Positions 41,988-52,417 of a DNA stretch of 64,000 nucleotides are shown one piece after another. This DNA is from an uncultured delta proteobacterium (lineage in GTDB: Bacteria > Desulfobacterota > Desulfobacteria > Desulfobacterales > Desulfatirhabdiaceae): NCBI GenBank assembly GCA_963789395.1, contig CAWBKP010000011.1, positions 64,001-128,000 on the forward strand, in the 5' to 3' direction. The notes beneath the pieces are model-generated. The model worked only from the letters and a program-made list of their open reading frames with translations, made no database searches and was not told the DNA's origin. Both the position numbers and the translations under genes were made by a program. The stretch's first letter is position 1, and each line of letters starts with the position of its first letter.

Positions 41988-42893
41988 ATGAATGTTTTCA
42001 ACGCTTTTCTGACCGGTCTGATATCGACTATGTTTCGGATGATTGGATGCATCCCCGATCCCATTGCCGATTCACTGGCAAGAGCCGGGGCCGGCCTGTG
42101 GTTCCGGATCGATAAAAAGCACCGGAATATCGCCATTCAGAATCTGACACGCGCTTTTGGTCATGAAAAAAGCCCGGAACAGATTCAGGTGCTGGCAGCA
42201 AACTCCTTTTACAACATCCTGCGCATCCCGTTTGAAATCGGATGGAGCGACCGGTTGACATTGCCAGAGCTATACCGGCATGCGGAAATATTCGGGCTGC
42301 ATCACGTACAGGATGCGCTGGCAAAAGGAAAAGGTGTTCTGGGGTTGACCGCCCATATCGGAAACTGGGAACTGCTGCCGTCTGTAGCACCGATGGCCGG
42401 TTTTTCAGCCGATATCATATACCGCCCTCTGGATTTTTTTCCGCTGGATGCTTTTTTTCTTCGCCTCAGAACCCGTTTTGGTGCTGGGCTCATTCCCAAT
42501 ACCCATGCCATGCGAAAAATTCTCCGGCAATTGAAGCACGGTCATTTCGTTGCCATGCTGATGGACCAGAACGTGGACTGGTATGAGGGCGTGTTTGTGG
42601 AGTTTTTCAATCACAGGGCCTGCACCAACAAGGGGTTTGCCCTGCTGGCGCTGAAAACCGGCGCGCCGGTGGTACCGATTTTCATGGTTCGGAACCAACG
42701 CCGATTTATCATCGAATTCTGCCCTGAACTGGAGCTGGTCCGAACCGGGGACCGGACCCATGATGTCGAAGCCAATACCCTTCGATACAATCAGGCCATT
42801 GAATCCATGATCCGGCGTTATCCCGACCAGTGGTTCTGGGTCCACCAGCGATGGAAAACCCGGCCTTTCTGCCCTTGGCCGAAATTACAATGA
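41988..42893 (+). CDS. lpxL: Lipid A late acyltransferase (LpxL/HtrB family)
   Basis: AHIGNWE, MDQN, PDQWFWVHQRWK. Confidence 0.88.
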   Translation: MNVFNAFLTGLISTMFRMIGCIPDPIADSLARAGAGLWFRIDKKHRNIAIQNLTRAFGHEKSPEQIQVLAANSFYNILRIPFEIGWSDRLTLPELYRHAEIFGLHHVQDALAKGKGVLGLTAHIGNWELLPSVAPMAGFSADIIYRPLDFFPLDAFFLRLRTRFGAGLIPNTHAMRKILRQLKHGHFVAMLMDQNVDWYEGVFVEFFNHRACTNKGFALLALKTGAPVVPIFMVRNQRRFIIEFCPELELVRTGDRTHDVEANTLRYNQAIESMIRRYPDQWFWVHQRWKTRPFCPWPKLQ

Positions 42894-42953
42894 AAGGCCT
42901 CAAGGGGCCGTCATTTCCGGCCCTGACCCTTTAACCGCCCATAGCCATTACCT

Positions 42954-44006
42954 ATGAAACCATTGAATCCATCTTCCATTCACCGAATGGTCATACGAAC
43001 TCCCAACTGGGTAGGCGATGCCGTGATGAGCACCCCTTTATTGCAGGCTGTTCGAAAAAATTTTCCGCATGCGCACATCACCCTTCTGGCCAAACCCTGG
43101 GTTGCACCGGTATATGCAAACAATCCGCACATCAACCACATTCTTGACTACGATGCCGCCGGTCGACACCGGGGCCTGGCCGGGAAATTCAGGCTTGCCA
43201 GAGACCTTCGCAAACACGATTTTGACCTGGCCCTGCTGATGCAAAATGCATTCGAGGCGGCGCTTATTGCATGGCTGGCAGGGATTCCCGCCCGGATGGG
43301 ATATGACACGGATGCCCGCAAAATGATGCTCACCCACCCGGTTCACCGCTACCCGTTCTTAAAACGGCGGCATCAGATAGACTATTATCTGGAAATCCTC
43401 AAAGGCGCCGGGCTTGCAGCCAATTCTTCTGAAATGGAGATTTTCATATCCGATGCAGAGAGATGCCAGGCCATCCAGCTCATCAGCGTCAGCGGACGTT
43501 CGGACAGGCCTTGCGTGATCGGCATCAACCCCGGCGCTGCATTCGGCACTGCCAAACGGTGGTTTGCAGACCGGTTTGCAGCACTCTGCAACCGCCTGAA
43601 ATCAGTTCCGGATGCCTGTTTTCTGATTTTTGGGGGCCCGGGCGAAGAAGAACTTGGAAAACAAATCGCCGGGTCTGTCGGCGATGCCTGCATCAATTTA
43701 TGCGGGAAAACCTCCCTGAGAGAGGCCATTGCCCTGATCGACCGGTGCCGCCTGTTTATCACAAACGACTCCGGACTGATGCATGTAGCAGCGGCCCTGC
43801 ATGTTCCGCAGATCGCCATCTTCGGTTCTACGGACCATACCACCACATCTCCCAGGAGCCCTCTGAGCCACATCCTTCGCATGCCCGTTGCGTGCAGCCC
43901 CTGCATGAAACCGGACTGCCCGATTGATCACCGGTGCATGGATGCCATCTCGGTTGATCACGTCCTGGATCTTGCCCTGGAACTTCTCTCCGGCGGGCAG
44001 TTATGA
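42954..44006 (+). CDS. waaF: LPS heptosyltransferase II (GT9)
   Basis: PNWVGDAVM, NPGAAFGTAKRW, NDSGLMHVAAA. Confidence 0.92.
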   Translation: MKPLNPSSIHRMVIRTPNWVGDAVMSTPLLQAVRKNFPHAHITLLAKPWVAPVYANNPHINHILDYDAAGRHRGLAGKFRLARDLRKHDFDLALLMQNAFEAALIAWLAGIPARMGYDTDARKMMLTHPVHRYPFLKRRHQIDYYLEILKGAGLAANSSEMEIFISDAERCQAIQLISVSGRSDRPCVIGINPGAAFGTAKRWFADRFAALCNRLKSVPDACFLIFGGPGEEELGKQIAGSVGDACINLCGKTSLREAIALIDRCRLFITNDSGLMHVAAALHVPQIAIFGSTDHTTTSPRSPLSHILRMPVACSPCMKPDCPIDHRCMDAISVDHVLDLALELLSGGQL

Positions 44007-45058
44007 ATATCCTGATTATCAAACTGAGCGCCATCGGCGATGTCATTCACACCCTGCCGGCATTGAACGCTATCCGCGCCGCCCATCCATCGGCGCACAT
44101 CACCTGGCTGATTGAAGAAGCGGCAGCAGCCCTGATCGTCGGACATCCTGCGCTGGACCGGGTCATTATTTCCAGAAGAAAAAGCTGGATCAGGGATTTT
44201 CGGAAGGGACAGTGGCAATCCGTCATCCGCGAAGCAAGCGGACTGGTGCGGACGCTTCGGGATACCGCTTATGATCTTGTTTTTGATTTTCATGCCCTGC
44301 TCAAAAGCGGGATTCTGGTCGCTCTTTCCAGAGGCAGACGAAAAATCGGCTTTGACCGGGGAATGGAACATCAGGAATACAGCTACCTTTTTTTAAATGA
44401 GCGCGTTGCTCCGGTGGACATGAATTGCCATGCCATCCTGCGCAGCCTCAAGATGCTGGATGCCGCGGGCATCCATTCCCGGGATATCACATACCGGCTG
44501 CCGATTCATGATGCCGACCGCAAGGCAGCCGCATCTCTGCTTTGCCAGGAAGGGATAAAGGATGCCCGTCCCCTGATATGCATCAACCCGGTGGCCAAGT
44601 GGACTACCAAGCTCTGGCCGAACGAACTGTTTGCGGAACTGGCGGATAGCCTTTCAGAGCGCTACCGGATTTCTCCCATATTCACCGGTGCCCCGGAGGA
44701 CAGTGAAACTGTACGGGACATTCTGTCCCGCATGCAATTTTCGGCACTGGATCTGACCGGCAGAACCAACCTGAAAACCCTTGCCGCCCTTTATGAAACA
44801 GCCGATGTGCTGATTTCCACGGACACCGGTCCCATGCACCTTGGCGCCGCCGTCAATACGCCGGTCGTGGCGCTCTTCGGGCCGACAGCCCCTTGGCGTA
44901 CCGGCCCCATGGGTGACCAGCATCAGGTGATCCGTATTGGCCTGCCGTGCAGTCCCTGTTTCAAGCGCCAGTGCCCGACATGCGACTGCATGAACCATAT
45001 CCGCGCAGATCAGGTGTTGGAGGCCGTTGATCGGGTCGTGAATCCTCGAGATTCTTGA
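44003..45058 (+). CDS. GT9 heptosyltransferase (WaaC-like)
   Basis: IIKLSAIGDVIHTLP, DTGPMHLGAA, LFGPT. Confidence 0.88.
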   Translation: MNILIIKLSAIGDVIHTLPALNAIRAAHPSAHITWLIEEAAAALIVGHPALDRVIISRRKSWIRDFRKGQWQSVIREASGLVRTLRDTAYDLVFDFHALLKSGILVALSRGRRKIGFDRGMEHQEYSYLFLNERVAPVDMNCHAILRSLKMLDAAGIHSRDITYRLPIHDADRKAAASLLCQEGIKDARPLICINPVAKWTTKLWPNELFAELADSLSERYRISPIFTGAPEDSETVRDILSRMQFSALDLTGRTNLKTLAALYETADVLISTDTGPMHLGAAVNTPVVALFGPTAPWRTGPMGDQHQVIRIGLPCSPCFKRQCPTCDCMNHIRADQVLEAVDRVVNPRDS

Positions 45059-45144
45059 TGGTTAACAGAAAGATGGATAAATGAAAGTCCGAATTTCGAA
45101 TTTATCATAAATCAGATTGTCAAACGGTCTCCCAACATTTCATT

Positions 45145-46056
45145 ATGGACATCTCCGTCATCATCATTAACTGGAACACCCGGGATCTGCTGCTGAGCAG
45201 CATCCGATCGGTTTATGAAACGCTCCGGGATATTTCTTTTGAGATCTGGGTGGTGGATAACGGATCAACAGATGGCAGTCAGGAAGCCGTAAAGACCGGC
45301 TTTCCGATGGTTCATCTGATTGAAAACACGCAAAACAGGGGATTTGCGGCTGCCAACAACCAGGCGCTGACACAAATGAACGGGCGATATGCGCTGTTGC
45401 TGAATTCCGATGCCACTTTGACGGATGGCGCTGCATCCCATCTTCTGGCCTTTATGGAATCCACGCCGACTGCGGGCATGGCCTGCGGCCAGCTTCTGAA
45501 TCTGGACGGCTCCCGGCAGAATTCCATTGCCAACTTCCCCACCCTGCTCACCCTAATTTCCAATGAAACCCTTTTACGCATCCTGTTACCAGACAAATAT
45601 CCCAGCAAACGCCGTGATTATCCCGGTCCCATCCCTGTCGACTCGGGAATCGGTGCATGCCTGATGATCCGAAAAGCCGCCATGGACAGTGTCGGAATTT
45701 TTGATGAAAACTTCTTTTTTTTCTTTGAAGAAACCGACTGGGCCTATCGCATGCGACAGGCCAACTGGCAAATCTATTTTGTTCCGTCAGCCCGTATCAT
45801 TCACGCTCAGGGGAAAAGCGCGGGAAGCAGCGTCGGATCCCGGATCCTTTATTACCGGTCGCGATATATTTACCTGAGAAAATGGCATCCCGACAGCTAC
45901 TTTCTGATGGTCATCATCATCTTTATCCGCCTGTTGGTCAATGCCGCCCTCTCCTTGCTGGGTTCCGGTCTCACGCTGGGACTTGCCCCGCGTCTTCGTG
46001 ACAAAACACTTATTTACTTTCAACTCATTGCATGGCATTTAAAAGGCTGCCCCTGA
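45145..46056 (+). CDS. GT2 glycosyltransferase (WbbL-like)
   Basis: VVDNGSTDGS, NRGFAAANN, LLNSD, FDENFFFFFEETD. Confidence 0.88.
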   Translation: MDISVIIINWNTRDLLLSSIRSVYETLRDISFEIWVVDNGSTDGSQEAVKTGFPMVHLIENTQNRGFAAANNQALTQMNGRYALLLNSDATLTDGAASHLLAFMESTPTAGMACGQLLNLDGSRQNSIANFPTLLTLISNETLLRILLPDKYPSKRRDYPGPIPVDSGIGACLMIRKAAMDSVGIFDENFFFFFEETDWAYRMRQANWQIYFVPSARIIHAQGKSAGSSVGSRILYYRSRYIYLRKWHPDSYFLMVIIIFIRLLVNAALSLLGSGLTLGLAPRLRDKTLIYFQLIAWHLKGCP

Positions 46057-46144
46057 ACTTTAAGAGGTGCCTGGCAGACAGACGCGAAAAAAATAATGTG
46101 TTGGAAGGGCCCCCTGCCTTTCTCTCAAACGGGAGAAACACATC

Positions 46145-47863
46145 ATGCGAATCGTCCTGTTATATGCTCCGCCCTGGAAAATTGCACAAAATGGCGACCC
46201 CGTCTACCCCCCTGAAGAAGGCCCTCCCGGCAATATTGATCCAGCAGCCGTCATGGAAGGGGATTTCATTCAGGCACCTTATGGACTGCTGTCGCTTGCC
46301 GCACAAGCACTGAAAAAAGGTTTCCGTGTTCAGACGTTGAATGTTTCCAATTTCCCCTGGCCGACTATTGAAAAACTCATCCGCTGTCTCAATGCGGACC
46401 TGTTCGGACTTACCTGCATAACGGAAAACCGGCGCGGCGTGGCAATGACAGCACAACTGATCCGAAGCATCCATCCCGAATCTCACATTGTTGTCGGCGG
46501 GCCCCATGTAACGGCACTGCCGATCGAAACCCTCCGGCATGTCCCCGCCATCGATACCGTTGTCGTCGGAGAGGGCGAAGAAACGTTTCTGGACATCATC
46601 GGGCGCCTTCAGGAAAACAAACCGGTACAGGGAATTGCCGGAACCGCCTGGCGCACTTCCAGCGGATGTCAACTCGGTCCCCCTCGGGAGCGCATTGCGG
46701 ATCTGGACACGCTGGCCCCTCCGATTGACTATTTCGATCTGCACACCCTGCTGACATCGCGTGGATGCCCGATGCAGTGCACCTTCTGCGGCAGCCGGCT
46801 GATGTGGGGAAAGCGGGTGGGATTCCATTCGGCTGAATATGTGCTGGATATGCTGGAAACGGCAGTAACCCGAAGGGGGCAGCGGATATTGTCGATCAAG
46901 GACGATACCTTTACGGCGGACAGGCGCCGGGTCCTTGCCATCTGTGAGGGAATCCGGAAAAGACGTCTGGAATTCATCTGGAGCTGCGATACCCGGGCGG
47001 ACTATCTGGATGATGAGCTGTTATCCGAGATGCGGCAGTCCGGCTGCACCCGTATCAGCATGGGCGTGGAGTCGGCTTCACCTGACATTTTGAGAAACAT
47101 CAACAAACGGCTGTCACTGGACCAGCTCTTCGATGTGACTCAGGCAGCCAAAAAATACGGCATTCACACCCGATACTACATGATGGCCGGGAACCGGGGG
47201 GAAACCCTTGAAACCTTTCACCAGAGCCTGGATTTTATCCGCAGGGCCAAACCCAATCAATTTGTTTTTTCACAGCTCCACCTGTATCCCGGTACAGAGG
47301 AATTCAATATATTTATGCGTCACGGACTCGTATTTCCTGACATGTTTTTCACACGGAATTTTTTCTGTCTCACCTGTTTTGCCGGTGACAAAAACCACGA
47401 GAAACACATTCGAAAGACGCTCAGCACCATTTCCGGCGTTCAGAACTGCTGGGAATTCGGCGTTGCGGATTACCGTCCGGTCTTGGCCCGGTTGCCGCAA
47501 ATGCCTTCGCTTCATATGGAATTGTGCCGGGCTTACCTGCGGGAAGGGAACACGGCTGCCGCAGAGCAGCACCTGCACCGTGCGGTAGAGTTAAATTTTT
47601 TTCTGCCGGGGCTGATCCATAACTTATATGCCTGCATCGCCGCTGAACACAAAGATATAGATGGATGCAAATTTCATCTGGAAGAGGCTTTCGCCATTCA
47701 TCCTCACCGAGTCGTCATCGAAAATCTGGAGCGGTTGGAGTCATGGCTGAACAGCAGCAACACGCAAAACGCCGCCCAACTGAAACTGGCGCCAGGCGAT
47801 GCTTTTGAAAGTACGTTTGTCTGCAGGCAGCCGGAGTGTCCGGATCCTGTTCATTTGGAATAA
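46145..47863 (+). CDS. Cobalamin-binding radical SAM protein with C-terminal TPR-like helices
   Basis: PYGLLSLA...VVGGPHVT...VVGEGE B12-binding domain; TSRGCPMQCTFC CxxxCxxC; DDTF, GVES. Confidence 0.92.
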   Translation: MRIVLLYAPPWKIAQNGDPVYPPEEGPPGNIDPAAVMEGDFIQAPYGLLSLAAQALKKGFRVQTLNVSNFPWPTIEKLIRCLNADLFGLTCITENRRGVAMTAQLIRSIHPESHIVVGGPHVTALPIETLRHVPAIDTVVVGEGEETFLDIIGRLQENKPVQGIAGTAWRTSSGCQLGPPRERIADLDTLAPPIDYFDLHTLLTSRGCPMQCTFCGSRLMWGKRVGFHSAEYVLDMLETAVTRRGQRILSIKDDTFTADRRRVLAICEGIRKRRLEFIWSCDTRADYLDDELLSEMRQSGCTRISMGVESASPDILRNINKRLSLDQLFDVTQAAKKYGIHTRYYMMAGNRGETLETFHQSLDFIRRAKPNQFVFSQLHLYPGTEEFNIFMRHGLVFPDMFFTRNFFCLTCFAGDKNHEKHIRKTLSTISGVQNCWEFGVADYRPVLARLPQMPSLHMELCRAYLREGNTAAAEQHLHRAVELNFFLPGLIHNLYACIAAEHKDIDGCKFHLEEAFAIHPHRVVIENLERLESWLNSSNTQNAAQLKLAPGDAFESTFVCRQPECPDPVHLE

Positions 47864-48111
47864 AACCGCTTAAGGAGCACAAGAGCACTTTTCTTACGTC
47901 TCCCTGCTGTCGATCATCTTCATGTTTCCGGGTATATGTGTCGCTGCCACTTCGATGCAGCAACTTAAAGCGATTCCGGATCGATGGTTCGTATTCACAT
48001 TTTCAACGCCATTCTTGACTTATATCAATCCAATGCAGCACATGGTGAGGTATAGAAGCAAATCGTAAAATCATGACCGATTGTCTTTTTGAATTGTAAA
48101 GGGAGAATGCG

Positions 48112-48303
48112 ATGCACCGATTGCAGGAAATGGAACAGAAACTGAAAGAGCTGGAAGCCGCAATAACGGAGACCAGAAAGCGGCTGCCCGCTCACTCGGT
48201 CAAGCCGCCGGTAATGATGGATCTGTTGGATCTGGAAGATCAATATGATGATCTGATGAAACAGATTGACGCGTTAAAAGAAAAACAGGATATGAATTCA
48301 TGA
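48112..48303 (+). CDS. Small conserved coiled-coil hypothetical protein
   Basis: GGGAG RBS; RLPAHSVKP core between heptad helices; ATGA overlap with next gene. Confidence 0.7.
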   Translation: MHRLQEMEQKLKELEAAITETRKRLPAHSVKPPVMMDLLDLEDQYDDLMKQIDALKEKQDMNS

Positions 48304-48908
48304 TAAAACCTGATTTTCAAACAACCTACACGGCGCTTCGGAAACAATTGTCGGAAACCGATTATCTGACGAAATACCTGTTGCTCGGCGCCGAAATCCT
48401 GGACAAGGCACTGATCATTCCGTTCTATGGCACTCCCTACCGGATCGCCGGATCCGGTGTAACGACCCTGGCAGGCGCAGAAGTCAATCCGGCCATTGCC
48501 GTCGTTTTGGGTCAATATGTGCTGCGCTGCCATCAGAATATCTCCCCAAGCAGTGAAGCGCTGGTGACCTTTCGCGAATTCGAAGGGTCGGGTCCCCTCA
48601 GCGGATATTTTGTCGAGAACACCCAAAAGCCCATTTCCGGTGCGTTCAGAGGGAATATTTCGGCCCTTGAAGCACGCTGCAGGCAACTCAACGGAACCTT
48701 GCATGCGGATAACACCGCAGCGTATGACCTTGGCATACAATTTTACGCCCTGCCGAGGATTCCGGTTATTCTGTGTTTCAACGACAGAGACGCAGAGTTT
48801 CCGGCCCAATGCGCCATTTTGTTCAAATGTTCGGCGGAGCTTTTTCTCGATTTGCAGAGCCTCTGCGTTTGCGCCACATTCCTGGCCGGATCTCTGATCG
48901 GAGACTGA
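48300..48908 (+). CDS. DUF3786-family protein
   Basis: FREFEGSGPL, ALPRIPV...DRDAEFPAQCAILF...LDLQSL. Confidence 0.75.
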   Translation: MIKPDFQTTYTALRKQLSETDYLTKYLLLGAEILDKALIIPFYGTPYRIAGSGVTTLAGAEVNPAIAVVLGQYVLRCHQNISPSSEALVTFREFEGSGPLSGYFVENTQKPISGAFRGNISALEARCRQLNGTLHADNTAAYDLGIQFYALPRIPVILCFNDRDAEFPAQCAILFKCSAELFLDLQSLCVCATFLAGSLIGD

Positions 48909-48999
48909 CATTCTGCTGTGATATCTCTTTACATCCGATGTGCTGCTGGGGTAATAATAATCAGCTGACACTGACAACGCGCCGTCATGGAGACCAAAC

Positions 49000-49329
49000 A
49001 TGCCATACAGTGAAGCACTCGAATCACGCATTATCCTCGCGTTATCCGGATGGGGCGCCACGCGGAAAAAAATGTTCGGCGGAACCTGTCACCTTATCAA
49101 CGGGAACATGGTATGCGGGGTATACCAGGATTTTCTGGTATTGCGGCTTGGAGAGGAACAGAGTGCCAAAGCCCTGAAGAAGCCGCATGTTCGACCGTTT
49201 GATGTGACGGGAAAACCGATGAAGGGCTGGGTCATGGTGGAAAAAGACGGTTTTGAGGGACAGCTGCTTGACGGGTGGCTTGAAAAGGCCAGATCATTTG
49301 CAGACAGCCTTCCGCCGAAACAGGTATGA
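49000..49329 (+). CDS. TfoX N-terminal domain family protein
   Basis: KKMFGG...NGNMVCGV...TGKPMKGWV. Confidence 0.85.
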   Translation: MPYSEALESRIILALSGWGATRKKMFGGTCHLINGNMVCGVYQDFLVLRLGEEQSAKALKKPHVRPFDVTGKPMKGWVMVEKDGFEGQLLDGWLEKARSFADSLPPKQV

Positions 49330-49362
49330 AACCTCCCGGATGCCGGGCTACAGGAAAAAAGG

Positions 49363-49791
49363 ATGCTTAATCTTCTGAAACGTTTCGAACACTACATCGT
49401 CCTGACGCTCATCCTGATGATGATGGTTGTCGTGCTGCTTTCCACCATCGAACTCGGCTGGCTGCTGGTTAAAGACATCATCACTCCCCCGGTTTTGCTG
49501 CTGGAGATTGATGAACTTTTAGAGCTTTTCGGTTTCTTCATGCTCGTACTGATCGGACTTGAGCTACTTGAAACCATCCGCGCCTATTATGTAGAGAATT
49601 CGGTGCATGCGGAAATCGTTATCAAGGTGGCAATGATCGCTATTGCCCGCAAAATCATCATCCTGGATGTAACAGATAAGTCAAGCCTGACGTTGGTCGG
49701 TATTGCAGCCATCGTTATTTCGCTGAGCTCAGCCTATTTTGTAATCAGGCATTTGAGACCCTCATCCCAGCCGGACGATGCGCCCGAATAA
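49363..49791 (+). CDS. PsiE-family membrane protein
   Basis: LIGLELLETI, AIARKIIILD; four TM segments. Confidence 0.85.
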   Translation: MLNLLKRFEHYIVLTLILMMMVVVLLSTIELGWLLVKDIITPPVLLLEIDELLELFGFFMLVLIGLELLETIRAYYVENSVHAEIVIKVAMIAIARKIIILDVTDKSSLTLVGIAAIVISLSSAYFVIRHLRPSSQPDDAPE

Positions 49792-49877
49792 TTCCTTCGC
49801 TTTCTTACTCTCATCCTGTTTAACGGGGAAATTGACCGATGCACGGAATTTTAGACTGAAAGGAGTTGGTTTCACTC

Positions 49878-50348
49878 ATGGCAAATCCTGTCAAATTCTG
49901 CATGAAGACGGCGCTGATGCTGTTAATGCTCTCCGGATGCGCATCAGCGCGGCCTGAGGATACGGCCGGCATCCACCCATCACCTCTATTAAGCTGCCCC
50001 GAAAGCCCCAATTGCGTGTCGACGGAATCTTCAAACGACCGGCAGAAAATCGATGTGTTTCGCCTGAAGGGCGATTTCAGTAAAAACTGGCTTGAAATTC
50101 AGCGCATTGTGGCGGAACTTCCCCGGAGCTACATTGTCGAGGCTGACAAAACGTATATCCACGCCACATTCAAAAGCCGGGTATTCGGATTTATTGATGA
50201 TCTGGAGCTTTTACTGAATCCCTCAAGCGGAATTATCTCGATTCGTTCGGCAGCACAAACCGGTTACTGGGACTTTGGCGTTAACCGTCGCCGCGTAGCA
50301 GATCTCCGGCGCGCACTTCAGGCAAGCGACATTATCGAACAGCCGTAA
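49878..50348 (+). CDS. DUF1499-family lipoprotein
   Basis: LSGC lipobox; CPESPNCVS, FIDDLE, DFGVNRRR. Confidence 0.85.
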   Translation: MANPVKFCMKTALMLLMLSGCASARPEDTAGIHPSPLLSCPESPNCVSTESSNDRQKIDVFRLKGDFSKNWLEIQRIVAELPRSYIVEADKTYIHATFKSRVFGFIDDLELLLNPSSGIISIRSAAQTGYWDFGVNRRRVADLRRALQASDIIEQP

Positions 50349-50465
50349 TCCCGGAGCCGCTATCCTCACTGGGTTCGGAGTTCCCGTTTGCATTCCGGCG
50401 GCTTTACTTTTGTAGCGAGAGTATTATATTGTTTCCTATACATAACTGCAACAAAAGGAGAGAAC

Positions 50466-50840
50466 ATGAAAAAACTTAAGGAATACTTCGAGAGTACAAA
50501 AGGTACGGGCGTTCTGGCTACCGCCGATAGCAGCGGAAAAGTGGATGCGGCCATTTATTCCCGCCCGCACTTTCTGGAGGAAGGAGCCCTGGCCTTTATC
50601 ATGCGCGACCGCCTGACCCATCACAACCTTCAATCCAATCCCCATGCAACCTTTCTCTTCATGGAAGAGGGCCCTGGCTACAACGGCAAGCGTCTGTTTC
50701 TGAAAAAAATCCGCGAGGAAAACAATCCGGAACTGATCCAGAAGATCAAACGCCGCAAATACACAGATGATAATGAGGAGCCGAAATTTCTGGTATACTT
50801 CACACTGGACAAGGAACTTCCCCTGATCGGCGGAAAGTAA
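50466..50840 (+). CDS. Pyridoxamine 5'-phosphate oxidase-like FMN split-barrel protein
   Basis: VLATAD..G, IYSRPH, NLQSNP. Confidence 0.8.
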   Translation: MKKLKEYFESTKGTGVLATADSSGKVDAAIYSRPHFLEEGALAFIMRDRLTHHNLQSNPHATFLFMEEGPGYNGKRLFLKKIREENNPELIQKIKRRKYTDDNEEPKFLVYFTLDKELPLIGGK

Positions 50841-50950
50841 TCACTTTGATACGGGGAGTTTGAAGACGAAAAGCAAATCAATCACCAGAATGCCGACACT
50901 TGCAGCAGGCAATCGCCAACACAGCGATCATTTCTCAAAGGAAAAATTTA

Positions 50951-51902
50951 ATGGAAGACAAGATCAAAATCGGCGTCAGCGCCTGCCTTCTCGGGCAACA
51001 GGTCCGCTTTGACGGCGGCCACAAGCACGACCGTTACCTTACGAACACGCTGGGCGAATATTTGGATTTCATTCCGGTCTGCCCCGAAGTGGAGGCCGGC
51101 TTTCCCATTCCCAGGGAGACATTTCGCCTTGTCGGCGATCCGGAAAATCCACGTCTTGTCACTTCCCGAAGCAATGTGGATCATACGGATCGCATGGTTG
51201 GCTGGGCAGAGAAGCGTGTCCGGGAACTGGAAAAGGAGAACCTCTGCGGATTTATCTTTAAAAGTGATTCTCCCAGCAGCGGACTCATGCGGGTAAAGGT
51301 ATACAACCCGAAAGGGATGGCGGAAAAGAAAGGAGTGGGTCTGTTCGCACAGGCCTTCACCCGGCACTTTCCCCTGCTGCCGGTTGAGGAGGAAGGACGC
51401 CTGAATGACCCCAAACTGCGGGAGACATTCATCGAACAAATCTTCACCCTGAAGCGCTGGCGGGAGACACTGGCTCAGGGTCTAAACATGAAAAACCTTG
51501 TCGATTTCCACACCCGGCACAAACTTCTTGTGCTTTCCCACAGCCCGGCCAACGCCCGGTTGATGGGAAAACTCGTTGCTGATGGCAAGCAGATGCCCGA
51601 TTCAATCGGTTTATGCACAGTATGAAAGCCTTCTTATCGAATCGCTGCGCATGAAATCGACGCTGAAGAAAAACCTGAACGTGCTTGAGCACATCCTCGG
51701 TTATTTCAAGAAACAGCTCAGCTCCGACGAGAAGCAGGAGATGCTTGAATTATTCGACCGCTACCGCAACGAGTTCGTGCCGCTGATTGTGCCGGTAACG
51801 CTATTGAACCATTATGTGCGTAAAATCGGCGAGCCGTATCTGAAGCAGCAGGTGTATCTGAATCCGCATCCCATTGCATTGAAACTCAGGAATCATGCCT
51901 GA
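50951..51902 (+). CDS. DUF523 + DUF1722 (YbgA-type; thiouracil desulfidase-like N-terminus); frameshift near 51605
   Basis: GVSACLLGQQVRFDGGHK, CPEVE, KSDSPSSG, LEHILGYFK. Confidence 0.85.
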
Positions 51903-51995
51903 TCGAAGAGCTTCAGGCCCGATATCCGTTGCATGGTCGTTTGGCATGATGATAAAATCCACCCGTTGCTGATTTAACAGTAGCGGAGGAAGTCG

Positions 51996-52402
51996 ATGCG
52001 AATACAATTGGATCACCTTGCCCTGAATATGAAAAATGAGATCGAAATGATCCATTTTTACCTTACCGTACTGCAACTCCCCGCAGACCGGCTTGATGAA
52101 TACCGCCTGGGAAAAGCTCCCTTTCCTTCGATCCGAATCAACGCTGACACGATTATCGATCTTATTCCCCAGGCGCATATGGGCCTCGAAACCAGACTTC
52201 GTCCGGCATCTCCTCCCTCAACCACTACTGCATCTGACCCTCCAAAAGGCTGCATGGCAGGATCTTTGCGGATCGGCTGGCATCCTTCGGGATACCGATT
52301 GAAGAGGGTCCCGTTTCCAGATGGGGTGCTCACGGCAACGGAACATCCGTGTATTTTCGTGACCCGATGCGAACCGCATCGAGGCCAAAGTACTATGAAT
52401 AA
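51996..52402 (+). CDS. VOC/glyoxalase-family protein (frameshifts)
   Basis: LDHLALN...FY...FPSIRINADTIIDL; C-terminal fragments in shifted frames. Confidence 0.7.
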
Positions 52403-52417
52403 GCAAACACAGGAGGC

